From Bacteroidota bacterium (lineage in GTDB: Bacteria > Bacteroidota > Rhodothermia > Rhodothermales > UBA10348): a DNA stretch of 64,000 nucleotides. Positions 30,293 to 39,702 of this stretch are shown piece after piece. The position numbers and the translations under genes were made by a program. The DNA lies in the NCBI GenBank assembly GCA_022567305.1, contig JADFHF010000010.1, forward strand, positions 15,830-79,829, read 5' to 3'. Under the pieces are notes generated by a model. It did no database searches. It was not told where the DNA came from and was given only the letters and a program-made list of their open reading frames with translations. Position 1 is the stretch's first letter, and every line of letters begins with the position of its first letter.

Positions 30293-30853
30293 TTAGAACG
30301 TCTCTCTAGGGACTTGTGAATCGGCTCGAGTGGCTTCTACGGTGATGCCATCGACCCAGTGATAGATGGGCGACTCGATGACTACCAAGTCAGTCGGTTC
30401 GAACTGTACACGTTCGACTTCAAATTGAATCAACGCCGTTGCATAATCCGTCCGGGCGGGCATCGGGACAAGAAGTCCTATCAAAAATACGATGCTAGCC
30501 AGAGCCAGGGCTGATCGAAGAGAGATAGATCGCCTCGAATTCCACAACGGTTTTCGATCCTCTTCACGGTCAACCTGTTCCGTTCTGGTCTTCAGCTGCG
30601 CCAAGCGCTCAAAGAAAACGTCATCGGCTGCAGGCGGATAGGCCAAGTACTCCTGTCGACTCATTCGCCGAAACGCCAGTACGGATTCCATCAACCGGCG
30701 GCAGCCTTCGCAATCTGCCATATGTTCGAACAGTTCTGGCTGAACATCGAGCGAGAGTTCGCCGTCCAGATACCGATGCAGGACATCACTGCCGTCCAGC
30801 GAGCATGCTGCTCCTTGGGTGTCTGATGTATTGGGATTGTCGGGCATGATCAA
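30293..30853 (-). CDS. Zinc-binding (ZAS, HxxxCxxC) membrane anti-sigma factor
   Basis: LHRYLDGEL...EHMADCEGC, one TM helix (ALALASIVFLIGLLV); abuts the ECF sigma gene. Confidence 0.88.
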   Translation of the reverse strand: MIMPDNPNTSDTQGAACSLDGSDVLHRYLDGELSLDVQPELFEHMADCEGCRRLMESVLAFRRMSRQEYLAYPPAADDVFFERLAQLKTRTEQVDREEDRKPLWNSRRSISLRSALALASIVFLIGLLVPMPARTDYATALIQFEVERVQFEPTDLVVIESPIYHWVDGITVEATRADSQVPRETF

Positions 30854-31456
30854 TTAATTCTGTTGACGGAGTACGGCAACTTTTTTGCCGCGGTCCTTTT
30901 CCACCGCACTGGGATATTCCAACACCCACATGGGCTCCATCACTTTTCCCAACTTTCTGCGAGCTTTGAACAATCTGGATTTCACGGCTGAAATTGAACT
31001 TCGAGTTACGGCTGCGATTTCTTCATACGTCAGATTCTGATACTCCCGAAGGATGAGCACCTCTCTATATTCGGGTTTTAGTGACTGAATAAACTGGGTT
31101 ACGAAACGCACCTGTTCATTTTTCTCCATTTTCGAATAGGGTGTCTCCATGGCAGGAAGAGAAGACTCAAGGTTGACGTCAAACCCAGTGTGTCTCTTGG
31201 ATCTTCGGAGCGAATTCAGACACTGATTGCGAGCGATCGTAAACAACCAAGATTTGAAGGAACTGGATTTCAGAAGCCGATCCCGATTCTCATAAATCCG
31301 AAGAAAGGTCTCTTGCGTAACATCCTGAGCCTGCTCGGAATCAACGAGCATTTTGCAACAGAAAGCGTATACCGCCCCCTTGTATCGATTGTAGATACCA
31401 ACAAAAGCAAACTCGTCGCCGGCCTGAAACGCTTCAATAAGAGCGTAGTCCTTCAT
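30854..31456 (-). CDS. ECF-type RNA polymerase sigma factor
   Basis: AQDVTQETFLR, FKSWLFTIARN, LREYQNLTYEEIA...VKSRLFKAR. Confidence 0.95.
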   Translation of the reverse strand: MKDYALIEAFQAGDEFAFVGIYNRYKGAVYAFCCKMLVDSEQAQDVTQETFLRIYENRDRLLKSSSFKSWLFTIARNQCLNSLRRSKRHTGFDVNLESSLPAMETPYSKMEKNEQVRFVTQFIQSLKPEYREVLILREYQNLTYEEIAAVTRSSISAVKSRLFKARRKLGKVMEPMWVLEYPSAVEKDRGKKVAVLRQQN

Positions 31457-31503
31457 GAACTGAAAACGGGCTGGATCCAGATTTTATTGCGTATTCCAGC
31501 TTC

Positions 31504-31530
31504 AAGACCTTTTGTATATATGAAAGTTGC
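31504..31530 (-). promoter_or_regulatory. Candidate ECF-sigma autoregulatory promoter
   Basis: Minus strand GCAACT-N16-GTCTT, 48 nt upstream of the sigma ATG; resembles the AAC / GTC ECF promoter pattern. Confidence 0.6.
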
Positions 31531-31634
31531 CGTTGGTGTCATTTTATTCGTACAAGGAACCAGAGGTTGCATGCCTGCGTGAATGGACCGCTTTTTCAAA
31601 TCCGACCGAATCCATACTCGGGACTCAAACAATA

Positions 31635-33695
31635 ATGGTGAATTATCAGTTTACCCGCTCCATTAACGTGTCTTTACTCCTTGGGCTGTCGGGCCTCGCG
31701 TTTCTGGTTTCTTTGAGCTGTTCGTCCGTCAATCGGCAAGGACCAAAGGTCGCTCCGATTTCCGACGAAACCGCGGTTGCTACGATCGCTGGGAATCCAA
31801 TTACCCTTTTGGAATTAAGTAGAGAGTATAAGAGAACAGCGGTTCTTGATTCAGATCCGGAGAGCGACAGCCTTGCCGCATATCGGGATTTCCTTGAGCG
31901 TTACGTCGACTTCAAATTGAAAGTCCTCGAGGCCAGAGAAGCGGGATACCATACGCTCGACGACTTTAAGTCTGAGATTGGCGGATATAGAAATCAGCTC
32001 GCCAGACCCTACATCCTAAAGGAAGAAGTGACCGATCCCCTTATCCGGCTGATCTACGCACGCCGTCAAGAGATGGTAGAGGCAAGTCATATTCTCATCA
32101 GACTAGGGCCTTCGGTAACACCCGCGGATACACTTGCCGCGTACGAACGACTGTACGCTATCAAAGACTCCGTTGCACTCGGCTATGATTTCGGGGAGAT
32201 GGCGCTGCGCCATTCAGAAGACCCGTCTGCTAGGGGTGCGAAGGGATCTTCCGGATATCGCGGATATCTTGGCGCATTCGGTGGAGGCCGGATGGTCGAT
32301 GAATTTGAGGATATGGCATACACCACGCCAATTGACAGCGTCTCAGAACTATTCCGGACCCAATTTGGATATCATCTGCTCAAGATTCATGCGAAGAAGC
32401 CTTTGCCCGGTGATATTCTTTTGGCGCATATTATGATTCAGGTTTCAGACGGGACCGCTGAGGACACAACGGCTGCGCTCGATAAAATGAGTGAGATCAA
32501 GCGTAAGATCGCAGCAGGAGAAGATTTTGCCGATCTGGCTTCCGAGTATTCTAATGACAGAGGAAGCGCCTCAAATGGAGGAGAGTTGCAACGGATGTCA
32601 TTCGATGGTGGTCTTCCCGTCAACATCCGTGATAAAGCGTATACAATGGCCGTCGGGGAGATCTCAGATGTCATCGAAACCCAATTCGGCTTTCATCTTA
32701 TTCGCGTTCTTGAACGGTACCCTCCAGAATCATACGAAGACGCTCGAGAGCGACTCCGCGGAACCATTTCTCGGCTTCCTCGAGCTCGAAAAGCGGAAAA
32801 AGCGTTTGCAAGACAAAAGCGAATGGACCTTGGGGCGCGAGTAGACTCCCTTCGAATTGAGATATGGTTCGATGAATTAGGTGCAGATTCCTTGCTGATG
32901 AGTCTCTCCGCCGAACCGTATTCGGCAACAGACCCGGATACGCCCATCGCCTGGATGGGGGATTCTACGTATACCGTGGGGCAGTTGGCGGCTCATGTAA
33001 AACAAAACAGAATATCTGGAGCATCCAGCCCGTCCGATTCTTTCTGGCAATCCATGGATGATTTTCTCGATACACAAGCTCTTGAATATGAGATCGCAGC
33101 GCTGGAGGAGCGGGACCCTGCCTTTGCTCGAACGATGAACGAGTTCAGAGACGGCTTGATCTTGTTCAGATTAATGGAAGACTCGGTCTGGACCGCAGCC
33201 TCCGTTGATTCGGTTGGACTTGAGGCGTTCTATCATCCTCGAGCGGATTCATATCGATTCCCAGATCGTTCCCGCATCATCACAATCGCACACTCTTCGG
33301 ATTCACTTCTTCAAAAAATCGTTGCAGAACTTCGTACAGGTATGTCAATTTCATCGTTCACAGCGACGGTACAGGCTGATTCGTTGTCTCGGGTTCGCAT
33401 CGACACGACCATGATCGAAGGGCCGTCTAACTCGATTTTTGACGAGGCGTTGAGCCAGAACCCTGGTGAGGTCACTGATTCCCAACCCTACAACAACGGA
33501 TTTCTCGCCTTGTACAACGACGGTATCGAGCCGGCTCGTGAGAAGACGTTCTCCGAAGCCCGCGCCCAAGCTGTCAACGACTTTCAAGACGTTTTGGAAA
33601 AGACGCTGATCGCCCGCCTGCGAAAGAAATATCAAGTCGTACTCTATCCTGATCGTCTTCAGTACCTTTTAGAATCCAACTCTGTTGATCGTTAG
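31635..33695 (+). CDS. Parvulin-type peptidyl-prolyl isomerase (two PpiC domains), probable lipoprotein
   Basis: ASHILIR...SEDPSA...FRTQFGYHLLK and AHIMI...FADLASEYSND...ETQFGFHLIR; lipobox-like LSC; the ATG at 31635 is preferred. Confidence 0.9.
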   Translation: MVNYQFTRSINVSLLLGLSGLAFLVSLSCSSVNRQGPKVAPISDETAVATIAGNPITLLELSREYKRTAVLDSDPESDSLAAYRDFLERYVDFKLKVLEAREAGYHTLDDFKSEIGGYRNQLARPYILKEEVTDPLIRLIYARRQEMVEASHILIRLGPSVTPADTLAAYERLYAIKDSVALGYDFGEMALRHSEDPSARGAKGSSGYRGYLGAFGGGRMVDEFEDMAYTTPIDSVSELFRTQFGYHLLKIHAKKPLPGDILLAHIMIQVSDGTAEDTTAALDKMSEIKRKIAAGEDFADLASEYSNDRGSASNGGELQRMSFDGGLPVNIRDKAYTMAVGEISDVIETQFGFHLIRVLERYPPESYEDARERLRGTISRLPRARKAEKAFARQKRMDLGARVDSLRIEIWFDELGADSLLMSLSAEPYSATDPDTPIAWMGDSTYTVGQLAAHVKQNRISGASSPSDSFWQSMDDFLDTQALEYEIAALEERDPAFARTMNEFRDGLILFRLMEDSVWTAASVDSVGLEAFYHPRADSYRFPDRSRIITIAHSSDSLLQKIVAELRTGMSISSFTATVQADSLSRVRIDTTMIEGPSNSIFDEALSQNPGEVTDSQPYNNGFLALYNDGIEPAREKTFSEARAQAVNDFQDVLEKTLIARLRKKYQVVLYPDRLQYLLESNSVDR

Positions 33696-33750
33696 CCAAT
33701 TCGATGGCCCGAATCGTTCAATCAGCGGCGCGCAAATAGTGACTTTTGAG

Positions 33751-34632
33751 ATGATTCTTCCGCGTGATTCCATCCTAGTACGCACCCTCAATCTTGCTCG
33801 GATTTTCGTCCTTGCGTTCGTTCTTGCCGGGTGCGGCCCGGAAAGTTCGGAAGTTGACTATGTCGCCCGACTTGGTGATCGATATTTGACGCGTGAGGAC
33901 CTGGATTCGGCGCTTGAATCACTTACGGTGCTTCAAGACTCGGCGGAAGCAGCAGAACAGATCATGGAACAGTGGATAACGGATGAGTTGCTGTTCCGAG
34001 AGGCTGTTCGTCGTGGATTGCGAAACCAGGAAGGGGTCCAGAGTCTTCTTCTCGAAAATGAACGCTCTGTGCTGGTCAGCGCGCTGCTGACTGAACTGTA
34101 TAAGGAGGAGGATTCGACGCCGGACGATCAGGATCTACTCACCTACTACGAGCAGAATAAAGACCAACTGAAACTGACTGAACCCTTCGTAAAGATCAGA
34201 TACCTGGTTACTGAATCTGCTGACTCAGCGATGAGTGCCGTCGAATTGATGGAAGGAATAGAGAGCTCCCCCAACCCTGATTCAGCATGGAAGGCCGTTG
34301 CAAATAGATTTACGGAAGATCCGGATGGCACCACTACGCTTTCAGCATCGTTCTACCCTGAAACCAGGTTACTGTCTTCAATTCCAGGGCTCAACACGGC
34401 CGTTCAGAGACTGGCTCCAGGTCAAATATTATCTCCATTCGAGCTCGACTCCCGGTATCACATTGTTCAGTTGGTTGAGCGAATACCCGTTGGAACCACT
34501 CCCGAGGTTGCCCTTCTGGAAGATCAATTACGGGCTCGTATCGCGATTGAGAACAGGAAACAGTTGTATGCACGACAGGTTCAACGGCTGCGAAACGAAG
34601 CGCTTGCACGAGAAGAACTGGATATTAAATAG
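33751..34632 (+). CDS. Lipoprotein with a degenerate parvulin / SurA-like domain
   Basis: Lipobox LAGC, VARLGDRYLTREDL, QILSPFELDSRYHIVQL; lies between two PPIase genes. Confidence 0.8.
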   Translation: MILPRDSILVRTLNLARIFVLAFVLAGCGPESSEVDYVARLGDRYLTREDLDSALESLTVLQDSAEAAEQIMEQWITDELLFREAVRRGLRNQEGVQSLLLENERSVLVSALLTELYKEEDSTPDDQDLLTYYEQNKDQLKLTEPFVKIRYLVTESADSAMSAVELMEGIESSPNPDSAWKAVANRFTEDPDGTTTLSASFYPETRLLSSIPGLNTAVQRLAPGQILSPFELDSRYHIVQLVERIPVGTTPEVALLEDQLRARIAIENRKQLYARQVQRLRNEALAREELDIK

Positions 34633-34769
34633 AATCTGCTCCGCCAGGATAACCGCAAATCTCAGGAAATATCCTCCGCGTTCAAACGTTTGATAGAGCG
34701 AAGACCAGACGTGGTAAGCGTTTTAGCCGAGAAGGGATTATCGACCCACCAACTTCAGCATTTCAATCT

Positions 34770-36125
34770 ATGAGATTTACTCGTGCCTTTATTCTACTGT
34801 TCGTTCTCGTGCAGAGTGTGATCCTACCCAAGGCCTCGCATGCCCAGGAAGAAGAAGTATTGGATGAGATCGTCGCGATTGTAGGTGATTACATCGTATT
34901 AAAATCTGATGTGGACGGGTTCGTTCTCAATGCCATTAACGAGCAGCAGGCCGAGTACTCCGATGATCTCTGGCAAGCGGCTCTTGATCAGCTTATTGGA
35001 GAGAAGGTCCTTGTGATCTACGCTAAAAGGGATACGAATATCGTCATAACCGATGAACAGGTCGATCAGTTGCTGAATTCGCGTATTCAGCAAATGTCGC
35101 AGCGAATAGGTGGAGATTCGGAGCTGGAAAAACTCTACGGGAAAAGCATCGTCGAAATCCGGGCAGAATTGAGAGAAGAATTTCGAGATCAATTGCTTGC
35201 TGATAGGATTCGAAGCGAAAAAATCCGGAAAATCAAAGCAACCCCGGTAGATGTTGAAGCCTGGTTTACACAGTTTCCGGCAGATTCACTCCCCACGCTG
35301 CCCGACATTGTTCGCGTGTCGCAGATCGTTCGAAAACCGGAGGTTACTGAAGAGGCCCGTGTGGAGGCCAGGGAGATCATTACGACGATCAGGGATACCG
35401 TCCTGACAGGCGCCGTAACCCTCGAAGAAATGGCGGAGCTTTTTTCAGATGATCCCGGGTCGGCCAGCAACGGGGGTCTTTATGAAAACATGGGGCTTTC
35501 CGAGGTGGTCGCTGAGTTCGCGGCCGTTGCCTCCCGTGTTCCATTGGGATTACTCTCTCAAATCTTTGAGACGGAATTCGGTCTTCATTTTCTTAGAGTA
35601 AACGCACGACGAGGAGATGTAATAGACTACAATCATATTCTAATTTCATTTGATGAGCGAAAATACGATGCCGCTCCTGCTATCGAGTTCTTAACTACAC
35701 TTCGAGACTCTGTATTAAATGGTGGCGCGTCCTTCAACGTGCTCGCTCGAGATCATTCGGAAGAAGATGCCTCCGCCGCCCGAGGCGGCCGAGTCATGGA
35801 TCCGAATACTGGAGACCGAAATCTGTACCTGGCAAATCTTGGCGGAAGTTGGCAATCGACGATTTTTCAGCTGGAGGAAGGCGAGATCAGCGAGCCACGG
35901 GAAGTGCAGCTTCGTGATAACAGTACGGCCTACCACATTGTGCTTCTTGAAAAGAGAATACCAGAACACACGGTTAATCTCGAGACGGATTACGAACTCG
36001 TCGAAGGATTAGCACTTCGAGAGAAACAAGGCCGGATTATGGCGGAATGGCTGAATGAGTTGAAAGAAGGCGTCTATATTGATATGAGAGGACAGGCGCG
36101 CGAGTTATCGATAGCAGACAACTAG
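34770..36125 (+). CDS. SurA-like periplasmic chaperone / PPIase
   Basis: Signal peptide, LDEIVAIVGDYIVLKSD SurA N-domain, two parvulin domains (SDDPGSASNGG, ETEFGLH; HSEEDASAARGG). Confidence 0.9.
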   Translation: MRFTRAFILLFVLVQSVILPKASHAQEEEVLDEIVAIVGDYIVLKSDVDGFVLNAINEQQAEYSDDLWQAALDQLIGEKVLVIYAKRDTNIVITDEQVDQLLNSRIQQMSQRIGGDSELEKLYGKSIVEIRAELREEFRDQLLADRIRSEKIRKIKATPVDVEAWFTQFPADSLPTLPDIVRVSQIVRKPEVTEEARVEAREIITTIRDTVLTGAVTLEEMAELFSDDPGSASNGGLYENMGLSEVVAEFAAVASRVPLGLLSQIFETEFGLHFLRVNARRGDVIDYNHILISFDERKYDAAPAIEFLTTLRDSVLNGGASFNVLARDHSEEDASAARGGRVMDPNTGDRNLYLANLGGSWQSTIFQLEEGEISEPREVQLRDNSTAYHIVLLEKRIPEHTVNLETDYELVEGLALREKQGRIMAEWLNELKEGVYIDMRGQARELSIADN

Positions 36126-36208
36126 CGTCATTATTTTGCGATTCCCGTTAACCCATTCCTTTTTTGCCTTGCACATCTGTATGAATGCCACAGTATGAAC
36201 GCGACTGT

Positions 36209-37201
36209 ATGAGCACAATTGCGGCTACGCCTGAAACGCTCGACTCCCTCGTCGCCGGGTATAACAGGCTCACGAAGGAGATCGCCAAGGTAATTGTCGG
36301 CCAGAATGAGATAATCGAGCAAATATTTATCAGCCTGATCTGTAGAGGGCACGTACTCCTGGTCGGCGTTCCAGGCCTGGCCAAAACGCTGCTCGTTCAT
36401 ACCCTCTCGCAGGCCATCGATTTGTCGTTTGGGCGGATTCAATTCACGCCCGACTTGATGCCGAGTGATATCACCGGAACGGAGATTATCGAAGAAGATG
36501 TATCGACGGGCCGTCGCGAGTTCAAGTTTGTAAAGGGGCCCATATTTGCCAACGTCATTCTGGCAGACGAAATAAACCGGACACCACCTAAAACTCAAGC
36601 AGCGCTACTTGAGGCCATGCAAGAGCACCGTGTCACGGCCGCGGGAGAGACCTATTCGCTTCCTGATCCTTTCTTTGTTCTGGCTACCGAGAATCCTATC
36701 GAACAAGAGGGCACCTATCCCCTACCCGAGGCTCAGTTGGACCGTTTTATGCTCAACCTGTGGTTGGACTATCCCACTTTTGATCAGGAGGTGGAAATCG
36801 TCCGGACCACGACCAGTGCCCATGAAGAAGAGATCGGCCATGTGATGTCCGGCGAAGACCTGTTATCGTATCAGAACCTCATCCGCAGTATGCCGGTGGC
36901 TGAAAATGTGATAGAGCACGCTGTAAGACTGGTCGGAAAGACCCGGCCGAACGGAGAGGATACCTCTGATTTTATCACGAATTATATCAATTACGGTGCA
37001 GGTCCACGCGCCTCTCAGTATCTGATACTGGGCGCCAAGGCACTCGCCGCACTTGACGGACGATTGACTCCCCTGATTGAAGATGTCCATCACTTGGCCG
37101 TATCCGTACTCAGACATCGGATTGTCACGAATTTCAATGCAGAAGCAGACGGTGTGTCAACCGTCGATGTAATCACGCGCCTACTTGGCGAAACTGAGTA
37201 A
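36209..37201 (+). CDS. MoxR-family AAA+ ATPase
   Basis: GVPGLAKT, RIQFTPDLMPSDITG, LADEINR, QAALLEAMQE, EGTYPLPEAQLDRF. Confidence 0.96.
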   Translation: MSTIAATPETLDSLVAGYNRLTKEIAKVIVGQNEIIEQIFISLICRGHVLLVGVPGLAKTLLVHTLSQAIDLSFGRIQFTPDLMPSDITGTEIIEEDVSTGRREFKFVKGPIFANVILADEINRTPPKTQAALLEAMQEHRVTAAGETYSLPDPFFVLATENPIEQEGTYPLPEAQLDRFMLNLWLDYPTFDQEVEIVRTTTSAHEEEIGHVMSGEDLLSYQNLIRSMPVAENVIEHAVRLVGKTRPNGEDTSDFITNYINYGAGPRASQYLILGAKALAALDGRLTPLIEDVHHLAVSVLRHRIVTNFNAEADGVSTVDVITRLLGETE

Positions 37202-37233
37202 CCGCGCCTGGTGCGCCCATTCGAGGCAGATCT

Positions 37234-38547
37234 TTGCGTGAATCAGCCCCCAGAGGACTTCAAACGCCGGACGTACTGCTACCAGACGGCTGGGCTCCCA
37301 ATGTCGCAATTTACTGGGATGAATCAGGTCTCATTTCCGAAATCCGATTGTCTCACACGGATCCGGAATTGCCGTTGGCACAGGGTCCGGTCGTTCCCGG
37401 AATGGTCAATGCCCACTCGCATGCATTTCAACGATCCATTGTAGGGCGAACACACTCGTTTACCTCACCGACCGATGATTTCTGGTCCTGGCGAGAAGTC
37501 ATGTATGATCATCTGTCGACCATCGATCCCGACCGGCTGGAGCAAATTGCATCCGAGTTATACCTTGACATGACTCGATCCGGCTACACATCCGTCTGCG
37601 AATTTCACTACGTGCACTGCGATCCGGATGGGAATCTGTACTCGGATCCCGACGCGATGAGCGTAGCTATCCTCAATGCTGCTGAAAAAGCAGGAATTGG
37701 CTTGACGCTGCTCCCTGTATTTTATGAGTTCGGAGGATTTGGAGAAAAGGATCTTGAAAATCATCAAAATCGCTTCGTGCTTTCACTCGGCGATTATTGC
37801 GATCTCATAACCCGGTTGCTGGATCGGACAAGAGATAACCCCGGCATTGAAATTGGATATGCCCCACACTCTTTACGCGCGGTAAACGCGAGGGGCATCC
37901 ATCAACTGCTCGATCACCGAAGCCAGCATGCCCCATCTGCTCCCTTCCACATTCACGTGGCAGAACAGATACGCGAGGTCGAAGAATGTACTGCGGTCCT
38001 CGGAAAACGACCGATAGAGTACCTCTTTGACAAAGTTGCGATAGACGAGCACTGGTGTCTCGTTCATGCGACTCACGCGTCGAGCGAAGAACTTGCCCTG
38101 ATCGCTGCTTCCGGCGCCACCGTTTGTCTTTGTCCGACTACAGAGGCGGATCTGGGAGATGGCGTCTTTTCTCTTTCCTCCTATTTGGAACTGGGCGGGA
38201 CGATAGCCATCGGCTCGGACAGTAATATTTGCGTGTCTCCTTTTGAAGAGATCAGACTACTCGATTACGTCCAACGACTCAGGCTTCAAAAAAGAAATGT
38301 CGAAGGCATCACCTCCTCCATCGGTGCAGGTACCCGGCGATATCTTCAATCCCTGTTTGGAGGAAGCCAGGTGACAGGGCGACCGGTCGGACACATCAAA
38401 GAGGGCTTTTCGGCAGACCTTTTGGAACTGGATGCGCACCATTCACAACTCAGCGGAAAAAGCAGCGACGAGCAGCTCAATACCCTCATCTATTCGGGCG
38501 ATTCTTCTGCGCTGGCTGCGGTCATCATACGCGGAGAAACTAAATAA
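37234..38547 (+). CDS. hutF: Formimidoylglutamate deiminase (amidohydrolase)
   Basis: PGMVNAHSHAFQR, DDFWSWREVMY, EFHYVH, APHSLRAV, HIHVAEQ, LVHATH, CPTTEADLGDG, IGSDSN; start codon uncertain. Confidence 0.88.
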   Translation: MRESAPRGLQTPDVLLPDGWAPNVAIYWDESGLISEIRLSHTDPELPLAQGPVVPGMVNAHSHAFQRSIVGRTHSFTSPTDDFWSWREVMYDHLSTIDPDRLEQIASELYLDMTRSGYTSVCEFHYVHCDPDGNLYSDPDAMSVAILNAAEKAGIGLTLLPVFYEFGGFGEKDLENHQNRFVLSLGDYCDLITRLLDRTRDNPGIEIGYAPHSLRAVNARGIHQLLDHRSQHAPSAPFHIHVAEQIREVEECTAVLGKRPIEYLFDKVAIDEHWCLVHATHASSEELALIAASGATVCLCPTTEADLGDGVFSLSSYLELGGTIAIGSDSNICVSPFEEIRLLDYVQRLRLQKRNVEGITSSIGAGTRRYLQSLFGGSQVTGRPVGHIKEGFSADLLELDAHHSQLSGKSSDEQLNTLIYSGDSSALAAVIIRGETK

Positions 38548-38559
38548 CTTCTAGACCCG

Positions 38560-39615
38560 CTAGTGAACGTCACCCGGTTTTATGACGCCGCTCATCAGAA
38601 CAGATAGCGGCTTCAACGGCTCGATGTTCTCGGTAATGATTTTTATCGTGGCTGTGAGTGGAACAGCTAGCATCATTCCTAGCACACCCCAGAGCCATCC
38701 CCAGAAGATGAGCGACACCAGAATCAAGAGGGGGCTAAGATTCAAGCTGAATGCCATAATTCGGGGCTCGATCACGTTCCCCATGAGCATTTGAATCCCG
38801 CCCAGGATGATGAGCACCAACATGGGAGCCACCAACGTGTCAAACTGAAGAAGCGACAAGAAGAACGGAAAGAGTACGGCGATAACGGATCCGACATTCG
38901 GGATGTAGTTGAGGACAAAAGCGAGCAGTCCCCATATGAGGGGAAAATCAACGCCTAATGCCAACAGGAATAGAAAGGTGAGTAATCCTGTCCCGAGACT
39001 GATCAGGGTCTTCGTTACGAGATATTGCCGAACCTTTGTGTCAATGGTGGCCACAACATCGCCGATACGGTTTGCCTGTGCCTCCGGAAAGGCCATTCTG
39101 ACCTTACCAGCCAAGTCGCCGGCTCCGGCCAGAATAAAAAGCATGAACAGTAGAATCAGAAACGTCGTGCTCAGAAATTTGATAAAGGAACCAACGCCCG
39201 TCGTCAAGACCGATGTTATCGAAGAAAATTCGATGGCATCCGTCCAGCGGAAGTCCGTCACCTGGATGTCGAATCGTTCGGCCAACGCAAGCACACTGGC
39301 CTGGATGTTAAACATGAATGCAGAAATTTTGGCCTCATACGATGGAAGCGTCTCTACGAGGGCCTCCGTGCTGGAAAAAACCACCCAGCCGAGGAGAAAC
39401 AAGACCAGGAAAAAGATCAACAAAACACCAAACAACGAGATCGCCATTGGAACCCGCCCCTTCTTTAATCGAAGAACCACGGGTTTGAAAATGATGGATA
39501 GCAATAGCGAGATCGCGAATGGCAATAATACCGTCTTTAATTCGAGCAGAACGACACCGATCACAAAAACGGCTATTAATCCAAGTATGACTGCCAGTAA
39601 ATTGTTATTTTTCAT
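38560..39615 (-). CDS. AI-2E family transporter
   Basis: Multi-TM protein with LNYIPNVGS, GNVIEPRIM, LSPL...FWGWLWG..GMMLAVP. Confidence 0.93.
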   Translation of the reverse strand: MKNNNLLAVILGLIAVFVIGVVLLELKTVLLPFAISLLLSIIFKPVVLRLKKGRVPMAISLFGVLLIFFLVLFLLGWVVFSSTEALVETLPSYEAKISAFMFNIQASVLALAERFDIQVTDFRWTDAIEFSSITSVLTTGVGSFIKFLSTTFLILLFMLFILAGAGDLAGKVRMAFPEAQANRIGDVVATIDTKVRQYLVTKTLISLGTGLLTFLFLLALGVDFPLIWGLLAFVLNYIPNVGSVIAVLFPFFLSLLQFDTLVAPMLVLIILGGIQMLMGNVIEPRIMAFSLNLSPLLILVSLIFWGWLWGVLGMMLAVPLTATIKIITENIEPLKPLSVLMSGVIKPGDVH

Positions 39616-39702
39616 GCGTATGCTGTCCTGGTCCGAAATCCGAATTTAAGGTATAAAAGTTGCTTTGAGGCAAGAAGGGAATGTCATATACATCATCCTC
39701 AA

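Noticed and set aside
34682-34693. 12-bp palindrome TCAAACGTTTGA upstream of the SurA-like gene
   Set aside because: It loosely resembles LacI-family operators, but it is a single copy with no regulator or matching context.
38909-39649. 246-aa plus-strand ORF and similar antisense ORFs (e.g. 55920-56564, 62165-62836)
   Set aside because: They lie wholly antisense to well-supported genes and show no recognisable motifs.
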